A model generated the notes under the pieces. The model was not told the origin of the DNA. It saw only the letters and a list, made by a program, of their open reading frames with translations, and ran no database searches. Shown one piece after another: positions 13,600 to 22,699 of a stretch of DNA of 34,758 nt. Origin of the DNA: Welwitschia mirabilis (Eukaryota); contig JBOZIK010000001.1 of the NCBI GenBank assembly GCA_051453625.1, positions 5,751,206 through 5,785,963 of the forward strand. Reading direction: 5' to 3'. Within the stretch, counting starts at the first letter, position 1; the number at the start of each line of letters is the position of its first letter. The translations under genes were made by a program, and so were the position numbers.

Positions 13600-14426
13600 T
13601 CCATATTTTTCTAGTTTGTCCTTAACAAAATGTTATATCATCCTACTTAGCCTTTTGGCATTATCAGAATAATATCATATTCTAATTCTCATTGGATATC
13701 TGTAATGATAATGACCTATATTATAACAATCATAATAAATAATATTGTTTGTATGCATAAAGTGTTGATACCTCAGCTTAAAGTTCTATTTTTTAAATAA
13801 GAAGGCTAAAGTACTTGTTGTAGGTTTAATGTGTCTCAAGCCACTTTTATCATTTGATCATATACATTATAAAAGCATAACATTCAAGGTCTCTTTCCCT
13901 TCATCATTGATCTTCTTTGAATTAGATAGTTCTTATATTACAAACTTCAATTCACATATTAGTCTACTAATCTTAACTCTAAGAGCTGATTTTTCTAAAG
14001 ATAATTTATTATTGATATTCTTTTCTTGTTCATAACATTCTTTATGGGAATGAAATAATGTTTTCATTTTAATACATACTTTTCTAGTTTAATACACTCT
14101 TCAAAAATTAGTTCATACCTCTCTTTAAGATCCAAATATGTGTTTTCTTTGCTATCTGTTTCATCTTCTTCTCCTATCTCATCTTTTTCTTCTTGAGAAT
14201 GTGCAATGGCCATGAGAGTATGGTAGGTTTCTTCATTAGATAATTTTCTTTCTATTGTAATTTTTGAAATTCTTTATTCTTTATTTCTCGAACTCTAAAA
14301 CTCATATGATTGTAAGAACATCTATATCCTTAGTTTCTAATAGGCATAGTTTATCCATTTGAAGAGTGAAGGTTTAATGGATGGCATCCCTTTCATTGTT
14401 TACTCAAGGAAGTTACTTCTTTTCAT
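13600..14426 (-). pseudogene. gag: Internally deleted gag relic of element B
   Basis: KPSLFKWINYAY*KLRI*MFLQS at ~14310-14375 runs almost directly into EETYHTLMA (~14210-14235). Only the distal zinc knuckle (~13695-13745) remains. Confidence 0.75.
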
Positions 14427-14434
14427 GAGTACCC

Positions 14435-14446
14435 ACTCTAATACCA
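14435..14446 (-). promoter_or_regulatory. tRNA-iMet PBS of element B
   Basis: Minus-strand TGGTATTAGAGT, 2 nt from the LTR end. Confidence 0.85.
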
Positions 14447-14448
14447 CC

Positions 14449-15824
14449 TAAGAATAAATTAACTTAGAGAGAAGAAATGAATGAGTTCCACCAAATAAAA
14501 TCTAGATCAAATAATAAAATGAAAATGTATAATAAGATACCTTAGCAAGATAATGTGGTTTTCTAACCTAGGTATTTTCACATATAGAGGGTAGTTTCTA
14601 GTCATAACTCTAGATATTCTTAACCTATAAGAAAATTGTGGTTTCCTAATATACCATCAATCTTATAAAAAATTAGAGTTTTCTTGTAAGATAGCACTCT
14701 CTTTCCCTCAAAGAAATAATGGTTTTCTGGATCACCAATAACCTTTACCACAAACAAGTACTCATAGGAATAACCTTAAATGCACATCCATATAAGGGTT
14801 AACTTACAATGTGTTTAGTATTCAAGAATGAACTTTACCATAATATTTAACAATAAGATATTTTATAAAGTCAAATCAAAAGTGTAAAATAATAATAAGC
14901 CTATTGAGATAGCTATAATAAAGATTTTAGATTCTTAATGTTATTGTTATTGTCACAAGTACAAACGAAGAATACCAAAATGAAGATTCAAGAGCAAATA
15001 ATAATAGTAGTACTAGCTCCTTTACAATGATGCCTTGATTCTTTATGAGAAGTGTCATTAGTAATGCAAGATTCATTTTGATGTTGATCATTGAGAGCTA
15101 AGAAATCTCTATATTTCTGATTAATCAATAAAGTGCCAAAAGTTCTTCTTATATTTGTGACATTGAGGCTTTATAAGGTTAAAGAAGAACTAGAAATTTG
15201 AGCTTGAAAAATAGCCATTTGATTCTATAACTATCATATAATGGATAGCTAACATTTATGCTTTTGGGCACATAACTTTAATTTTAATCAACATAATTTT
15301 AGTACAAAATGTCTTCAATTTTTTTATATGTCTTCATATCTTGATTTTTGTAGACTTCTCTAGTCAAGTTGTCTAGATTCTAATGAATTTTACTCTATAG
15401 TATCCTTGGACCTTTATGATTATGACTCTATGATGTACAAGTTCATAGCTCATCTAAAATGTTAGATATTAGTAAAAAATAAAATTGACTTTGTCATTCA
15501 TTTTAGGTTAGTATAGACATCATCAAACATGTAGAGATCTTCAATTATGTCAAGTTCAAATTTTAATTTAGTCTTCTTAAATATGGTAGTTATCTTTTAG
15601 CCTATGACTTTAATTCTAATACATTCAAGTTGTCTTCATATTTTTAGACATTTTTACTTGAGATGTATTAAATTTTCTATATGTTTTCCTTTTTGTAAGA
15701 TGTTTCCTCTAAAGATCTATCATAATCTAGTATCTATCAAGATCTACTGTTCCTCTAATAACCTATCTACATAATGACATAAAATATTTGATAAGTGGAA
15801 TCATCAAAACTATATTTTTAAATG
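14449..15824 (-). repeat. 5' LTR of element B
   Basis: Collinear with 8434-9840. Confidence 0.9.
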
Positions 15825-16065
15825 AATGTCTTCTTTACCTTTATCTTAGTAAGATAATTATTCAAAAATTTTTAAATATCATGTAATAGTTAAAAATGGC
15901 TAAGTTTTGATCATTTAGAGATTCATTAATTTTTTGCTATAGATGTCTTTGACATAGTTAATATCTTTGTTAGTTTAATGTCTTCAACTTAAAATATGTC
16001 TTTAATCAAATTATTTAGATTTTAAAAAGAAAAAAAACTTTAACTACTATATCTCTAATCCTTAG
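15825..16065 (-). mobile_element. 5' LTR of element A, piece 2
   Basis: Contains AGATGTCT motifs. Ends ATCCTTAG, which continues at 21402 in register with the element B LTR (ATCCTTAGACATTCATGA...). Confidence 0.6.
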
Positions 16066-16241
16066 TATAATGACCCCAAAATTTCTACAGTTGAAAATCT
16101 TAAAGCTTAATGCTCTAGTACCAACTTTAACACCCCAAAAATCCTACAGTTAAAAATCTTCAACTTGAAACTCTGATATCAAAATGTAATGATCCAATTT
16201 TTGTGCTTAAAATTTTCTTCTAGATCGATACTAAAATGTAA
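16066..16241 (-). repeat. Tandem array of ~52-60 bp [LTR terminus + iMet PBS] units
   Basis: TGTAA-like starts at 16066, 16126, 16185 and 16237. rc-PBS GCTCTAGTACCA 16112-16123, ACTCTGATATCA 16170-16181 and degenerate GATACTA ~16227-16233. Confidence 0.85.
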
Positions 16242-16667
16242 TTGTAATATAGTTTTTTAATGATTAAAACTTATTTGTTGAAATATTTCTTTTATCTAAG
16301 TACTAGGGTTTATTTGAATAATGGCTTACATTTTAATATGTTTAAAACATACCCTTTTAGAATATAAGGGTTAAGAAATTCAGACTTCATTAAGGAAAAG
16401 AAGATATATCTTCAAAGTAATCATTATAATTTGTCAATGAAATCTCTTAGGTAGTTTCTACTAATTCTATGCTTAGAATAGAAATAATAGCACTACATGG
16501 AATAAAAATAATAGAATTACAATATATTCCTTTAATCAATATGAAATCAACATCTAAAAAAATTCCTTTGCAAAATAAACTATTATAACAAATTCTTAAT
16601 TTACAGATCGCCAAATGAGGTAGTGGGCTTCACAAATCACCAAATGAGGCAGTGAAGTTAAATATTA

Positions 16668-16837
16668 NNNNNNNNNNNNNNNNNNNNNNNNNNNNNNNNN
16701 NNNNNNNNNNNNNNNNNNNNNNNNNNNNNNNNNNNNNNNNNNNNNNNNNNNNNNNNNNNNNNNNNNNNNNNNNNNNNNNNNNNNNNNNNNNNNNNNNNNN
16801 NNNNNNNNNNNNNNNNNNNNNNNNNNNNNNNNNNNNN
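16668..16837. other. Assembly gap (170 N)
   Basis: Run of N. Confidence 1.
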
Positions 16838-17071
16838 TCTTGATCTTTGAAGTATCTTGCTAAAATACCTATTCTTATCTGGGCCATAATGGAAGCTATG
16901 AGATTTTCACAGTTCTCATCCATATCTTTTTGTGACAAGTGATAAATCTGGAGTCTAATTGTTAAAATTTCATGAGTTCATGATGGATCATTGGATTTAT
17001 ATTGGTGGAAAAATCTTCTGATTATTGTATCTTATTGAGCTATTGGAGTTAATTACTTGAACTCATGAATA

Positions 17072-17622
17072 NNNNNNNNNNNNNNNNNNNNNNNNNNNNN
17101 NNNNNNNNNNNNNNNNNNNNNNNNNNNNNNNNNNNNNNNNNNNNNNNNNNNNNNNNNNNNNNNNNNNNNNNNNNNNNNNNNNNNNNNNNNNNNNNNNNNN
17201 NNNNNNNNNNNNNNNNNNNNNNNNNNNNNNNNNNNNNNNNNNNNNNNNNNNNNNNNNNNNNNNNNNNNNNNNNNNNNNNNNNNNNNNNNNNNNNNNNNNN
17301 NNNNNNNNNNNNNNNNNNNNNNNNNNNNNNNNNNNNNNNNNNNNNNNNNNNNNNNNNNNNNNNNNNNNNNNNNNNNNNNNNNNNNNNNNNNNNNNNNNNN
17401 NNNNNNNNNNNNNNNNNNNNNNNNNNNNNNNNNNNNNNNNNNNNNNNNNNNNNNNNNNNNNNNNNNNNNNNNNNNNNNNNNNNNNNNNNNNNNNNNNNNN
17501 NNNNNNNNNNNNNNNNNNNNNNNNNNNNNNNNNNNNNNNNNNNNNNNNNNNNNNNNNNNNNNNNNNNNNNNNNNNNNNNNNNNNNNNNNNNNNNNNNNNN
17601 NNNNNNNNNNNNNNNNNNNNNN
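17072..17622. other. Assembly gap (551 N)
   Basis: Run of N. Confidence 1.
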
Positions 17623-17983
17623 AACGGCCCATTTAAAATGTAACTGCCATTATATTATTAATTATTTTTAGCAACACATAATTAATTTTGTTCTAAGCCT
17701 GTGTGTGTTTTTTTCTGGTCAAATTTTTCGCTAACCTTCATATTTCTCTTAGCTGCTTTTATTGCATTTTTGCTTATGTGCCTTCTTCGTAAAATCTCAT
17801 ATGTGGTTACCTTCTATAATGTGATCTTGTTTGTACATTATCTTCCTCTTTTTTTAATGTATTTTTATCTCAATGTTTTTCTTTCTCTTGTGCATCAGCC
17901 GATCGTTCCTCCTTAAGAAACATATTCTTCTCCCTATCGGAATCAGTAACTGTCTTTTGTTTGATAAAAGTTTAAATGTGTCA

Positions 17984-18203
17984 AAACATAACTTTTAAAA
18001 AGTATTTTTATAAAAATGAGCTTAATCCATACCTTTAAGGTAAAACCTACATGTTTCTAATCAAAAACATAGTCCGTTTTATCATTTTCCAATGTTTCAC
18101 TTTACTGTTTCGAATTCTTATTCTTTTTTTAAAAAAAAAAGTCTTGAACATAACTTTTTAAACATATTTTTATGAATCCGAGCTTAATCCGTACCTTTTA
18201 GAG
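17984..18203. repeat. Diverged direct repeat (period ~162 bp) running into a gap
   Basis: AACATAACTTTT...TATTTTTAT...GAGCTTAATCCRTACCTTT at ~17985-18036 and ~18147-18198. Confidence 0.75.
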
Positions 18204-18303
18204 NNNNNNNNNNNNNNNNNNNNNNNNNNNNNNNNNNNNNNNNNNNNNNNNNNNNNNNNNNNNNNNNNNNNNNNNNNNNNNNNNNNNNNNNNNNNNNNNN
18301 NNN
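18204..18303. other. Assembly gap (100 N, probably of unknown size)
   Basis: Run of exactly 100 N. Confidence 1.
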
Positions 18304-18637
18304 AAGTTGTATAGCAATATCTCATTAGAAAACCTTAATACGAACTCATGCTTTTCTTAAATCTATTTATCTTTAATAATTTATCCTTAAATATGGATAT
18401 GAGACCTTCCCTCCTATCCAAAGTAATTTAGACCCAAGAAAAAGAAATTATTCCTCCTCTTTAAAAGTTATTAAGGATTGAAGAATGGGCTTTAAGTAAT
18501 AAGGGGGAAGTTAGCAAAAGTTAAGGGCCTTGTGTATGTTTTTCCTCCAGTTATAATTATTATATTACCATTAGATAATAAAATTTAATGGAAGAGAGGA
18601 GTATTAGTTAACAAAAATTTATGCCATTTCATTCATA

Positions 18638-18697
18638 ATGGGGTTTGAACCCACACCCTTTCTCATCTTGTAACTTCCACTTACCACTAAGCTATTG
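18638..18697 (-). promoter_or_regulatory. tRNA-derived Pol III A/B-box motif
   Basis: Minus-strand TAGCTTAGTGG (A box, 18684-18694) and GGTTCAAACC (B box, 18642-18651) at tRNA-like spacing. No convincing cloverleaf. Confidence 0.6.
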
Positions 18698-18977
18698 ATC
18701 TATTATTAAACAAAACAACATTACCACCTCATTTGAACTTAATGTTGGAATGTTTAATGGTTAATGCAAAAAAAGAGGAATTTTTGCTAAGCATTATGAC
18801 GCTCCTGCATTAAGAAACTCCAACGCATCATTAAAAAACTCCAACTTGTTATTTCAGTTCTGGGCTGAACGTCTATAGCTTCTGATGAGCCATAGGAGAG
18901 ATGGAAGAGAGGGTAGATTGTAAAGGATGTAGGAACTATTGTATGCCATTCAAATTTGTCCTTTGATGAAATGTTTT

Positions 18978-19090
18978 GCTGAAAATGCCTCTCTAACTTT
19001 CATTTGCCAAGAAAAATGCCTAGCCACTGCAATGCCTCTCTAGATTTCAATTGCCAAGAAAACAAATGCCCAGCCCTGAAATGTCTCTAA
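18978..19090. repeat. ~48 bp tandem repeat, about 2.3 copies
   Basis: AATGCCTCTCTA..TTTCAWTTGCCAAGAAAA..AATGCCYAGCC repeated. Confidence 0.85.
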
Positions 19091-19872
19091 TCGAATCACA
19101 CCTGAATGTTCTTGTCCATAAATATGCTTGAATCATGTGTTTTTCTTCCAATGTTTCAGTTTCATTCATGTGTTATGATACATAAATCATGCCAATAGTT
19201 AAATTTTTTTTGTGTGTTTCAGCTCTGTTTTCTCAATGAACACTTTTAATTATGTTTTGTAAACACCTTCCAGCATTTAGTGAAATTGTATTAAGCTGAA
19301 TCATCTTTTTTTCTTTCCAATGCACTTCTTCCTGCAAAACACCACTCCTTCTTAAAGATCTTCTTATTGATTAAACATATTCTTTCATGCATTCAAGGTC
19401 TATGGATTTTCTCCCAGCTAAAATGTTTTAAAAACCATTCGCTATCAATAAAATGCCCAAAACTACACATAAATTCTTCCTTGTGATTCCGTTAAAGAAG
19501 GGGGCACTTATCTAATTGATTAAACACCCTAGATTAGAAACACCTTTTTTCCCCTATTTAAATTAAACCAATGCATTTCATGCTAGTGATTCATTCTTCT
19601 TTTATTTGGGCATTTCATACTTAGCCTTCCTCCATTTTTTTTTCTCATAGTGTTTGATAACGACCTCCTTACATTCTTTGTGTAGTGCTATTTTCTAATC
19701 GTAATTAATCCTTGGTTGCATTCTTGTATTCGCTTTGGACTCGCATTCATTCAAGTGCGCTATCGCCATTGAAATTCTGACACTGTTTAAGTATGAAGAA
19801 ACCCTATCTTCCTTACAGAATGTTCAACGTTCATAATAGATATTATTTTACGTTTAATTGTTTATAGCATTG

Positions 19873-19945
19873 AGCTCCATAGTGTAGTGGATAAGTCATT
19901 TAATTTCATTTGCAGAAGTCATAAGATCAATTCCCAGCGTGTGCC
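19873..19945 (+). promoter_or_regulatory. tRNA-derived Pol III A/B-box motif
   Basis: TAGTGTAGTGG (19880-19890) and degenerate B box AGATCAATTCC (19924-19934). Confidence 0.55.
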
Positions 19946-20289
19946 TTAATTAAAAATTTTGTTCTCCTCTCTTTTGAGTCACTTGTTAAATTCTAAGTTG
20001 CTTCATAACTCCTAATTAGGATTAATATAATATTTATTACACCTATAAAAATAATCTTATGGTCAAGGAATACTCTAAGTTCAATGGTCTTTTTAACCAT
20101 TCAAATTAAGCCAAATTTCAACTCATTTAAGTTAGAGGAAAAATTTTAGTTTTGCCCTCCAATTAGATTTTTTTTCTAAGTCTTAATTATAACCTTCTAT
20201 CTCTTACCCAACCTTATTTATCTATGGATCATACTTTGAGTGCTAAAAAAATTAGAGTGAAATATCAAATTTATGGCAACCATAAGATT

Positions 20290-20604
20290 GTGGGGCTTTA
20301 CATTGATATTACAGTGTTATATGGAGACATATTTAATATTAAAATTTTGGGCCTTTATATTTGATTTCATAGAATCTAGTTCTGAAGATTTTGCAACTAT
20401 GAAATTTGGGTCTTTACATTTGGTATCAGAGCGTCAGAGTGAGTTTTGAAGCTTTCAATATTAATATTTTTAAAGTGTTACATTTTGGTATCAGAGCATT
20501 GTATTATTGAAGATCTTTAACTATAAAATTTTAGGATGTTACATTTTGGTATCAGAGCATTGTATTATTGAAGATCTTTAACTATAAAATTTTAGGATGT
20601 TACA
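20290..20604 (+). repeat. Tandem array of five [LTR terminus TTACA + iMet PBS] units; last two identical (61 bp)
   Basis: Perfect TGGTATCAGAGC at 20421, 20486 and 20547. Degenerate copies at 20304 and 20362. Exact 61-bp duplication 20476-20604, ending GATGTTACA. Confidence 0.93.
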
Positions 20605-21401
20605 AAAAGCAATCATAACTAAGATATTTTATGCATAATAGAAATATTTACATGATACATGTAAAAAGATTAAGAATCAATTAGAAAATATAAGAATTAG
20701 ATGAAAGTATATAAACCATATAAGAAATTAAAGTAAGCCATAGAACCATACCTATTTTAAGAAGAAACTCAAGATCTCATGAAGATTACAAGGCTCCAAG
20801 GCTTTTCAAGCTCCAAGATTAAGGTCACAAGATTTGATTGTAAGAAATTTTTCAAGATGTCAAATATAAGAAGAGAAAATTCCTATTTATAGTGGAAAGT
20901 ATAGGATGTGAAGAGGCACTAAGTAAAAGAGTGGTGGAAGTGGTGAAAGTGGTATGATGAAAGTGGTGAAGGTGGCAAAAGGGGTGTAGTGGAAGTAATG
21001 AATTTTGTAAAGGTGGTGGTGAAGTGGTGGAGATTCTGTTACATTACCAAGCCACTGGGTAATAATAAATAATATTATGCTTGTCATAATTAAAAAATAA
21101 TAAATGAGACATTGGTAGTAATAATAAAATATTCTATAACATGATAACAATTTCTGTAACATTTAAAAATAATAATTAAGCATATTTATTAAAAATAATT
21201 CCAATTTCAAATTAATAATTCACTGGAATTTGCTAAAATGAGTAATTAAATGAATAAAGCCAAGGCACAAAATAATAATTATGGGACTATTAGTTATTAA
21301 CATAAAATATTTGCCTTATAAAAATTCATATTCTCTTTTAACTTATTTATGAAAAATATTTTGAACTTAAATTTTACTTGTTAAAAATTTGGGACATGAT
21401 A

Positions 21402-21888
21402 CTTAGCTATTATGAATTCATAATGTAAAGCTTCTCTAATCCCTTTAAATGTAGATAATTCTTCATGGCATAATTGACCTTTATTACCTCTTTCAGTTTA
21501 GCATATATATCTTTCATTTAATAGATTTTTTTAAGTAGTTTAATAAATATAAAAGTATTTAGTTTTTTAGATGTCTTTTACCTCTCTTAGCTTCTTAGTT
21601 TAGTATAAATATATTTATCATAATAGACGTATTTCACCTATGACAATTTCAGATTTAGACTAAACATCTTTAAGATAGTAGACATCTTTATCATAGATGC
21701 CTTCAGATGTGTAGACATCTTTATCAATTTTGTCTTTCCTTCATGAACCTTGAGCTATAGCTTCTGTGCACTTTAAGCTTTGAGGTTTAATTATCTTAAT
21801 TCCTTAGGTATTCTTCAATCATATTATCTACATATTAGACCCATCACATTTGACAAGCAGAGTCATGAAAACTAGGATTTTACTAATA
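21402..21888 (-). mobile_element. 5' LTR of element A, piece 3 (U3 side and outer terminus)
   Basis: AGACATCT/AGATGTCT motifs. The end ATTTGACAAGCAGAGTCATGAAAACTAGGATTTTACTAATA matches the element B LTR end ATTTGATAAGTGGAATTATCAAAACTAGATTTTCCAATA. Confidence 0.75.
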
Positions 21889-22453
21889 GACTTTTACTAA
21901 AAGAAGATCATACTAAAAAGATAACCATATAAAAATCTTAATCTTAGGATAATTTCAAGTATTCCATATCCTCTTAACTATTTTTAGGTAATTAACAAAG
22001 CTTTTTAAGCCCTCATTTACTAAAATTCTAGTCTAATAAATATCCTTCAAAAAAGAAGTATAAATGTATTTAATTAAAAGATTAAATCTATTTTAATTGT
22101 TTCAATGAATGAAATTTATAAAATTTAAGTATAAGCTTGATCAATGATTTAAAAAATTATATATACATATAGATATAATACTAGGTAGAAGTAAATACAA
22201 CATGATCATTTTAATGTTTAAGATCATCATAAAAGATAAACTTCCTTTCCTTAATATTAAGTAATCATCCATGAACATATCCTATATTAAATAGAATATT
22301 ATGTAAACTAGAAGCCTAACAAAAGCAAAGTTAACACAAGACGCTTGATGAATTCTTAACCAAGATCCTCACTTTAACCAATAAGCCCATAAAATCTAAA
22401 ATGGTTCAACCCCATATATATTATTATAATTTTAATTAAAAAATATAAATATA

Positions 22454-22665
22454 ATTATCATAACTATTTATGATAGTGATAAAAGTTAAGAAGATCTTTA
22501 ACCTAGGGATCTTAAGGTTCAAACCTCTACATTAGTAGGGGACATGTCTGAAGTTAAATCATCATGATAATAGGGGAGTAAAATGAAAGCTTGCATTGGG
22601 TCAAGTGCCACTAGGTGTTACATGGTACATACTATCTACTAGGCCCTACCCTTAGTAAAAAAATA
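22454..22665 (+). mobile_element. Candidate decayed tRNA-derived SINE
   Basis: A-box-like TGATAGTGATAA (~22471), B box GGTTCAAACC (22516-22525), a GC-richer ~150 bp body, an A-rich end and a possible imperfect A/T-rich TSD. Confidence 0.35.
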
Positions 22666-22699
22666 TATAGATAGGATTGAAAATATCAAGAACCAACTT

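Larger units (their letters stand above)
8434..15824 (-). mobile_element. Degenerate SIRE-like Ty1/copia element B with both LTRs, nested in the LTR of element A
   Basis: Paired ~1.4 kb LTRs (8434-9840, 14449-15824; 12/60 mismatches in one sampled block, 10 of them transitions), PBS 14435-14446, PPT 9841-9853, and gag-PR-INT-RT-RH relics. No clear TSD. Confidence 0.92.
16066..21401 (-). mobile_element. Gypsy-type solo-LTR unit with 5-bp TSD CTTAG, containing nested sequence
   Basis: CTTAG at 16061-16065 and 21402-21406. Inverted termini TATAATGACCCCAAAATTT and rc TATCATGTCCCAAATTTTT (decayed TGTAA/TGTCA). Minus-strand TATA CTATAAATAGG at ~20882-20892. Confidence 0.7.

Noticed and set aside
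5542-14035. Plus-strand ORFs 5542-5805, 11281-11547, 13362-13571 and 13829-14035
   Set aside because: Antisense shadows of the minus-strand copia gag-pol relics.
8429-15829. TSD for element B (ACTAC vs AATGT)
   Set aside because: Only 2 of 5 bases match.
16630-17643. ORFs 16630-16938, 16652-16843, 17063-17632 and 17065-17643
   Set aside because: N-gap artefacts.
18638-19945. Functional tRNA genes
   Set aside because: A/B boxes only; acceptor and anticodon stems do not pair convincingly.
20290-20604. CRISPR array (repeat-spacer look with polarity)
   Set aside because: The repeat is a retrotransposon PBS plus LTR end, the spacers are homologous to each other, there are no cas genes and the context is eukaryotic.
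20476-20604. Tandem-array TRIM
   Set aside because: No PPT in the unit, and the units are far shorter than typical TRIM LTR plus internal region. Kept only as a loose analogy.
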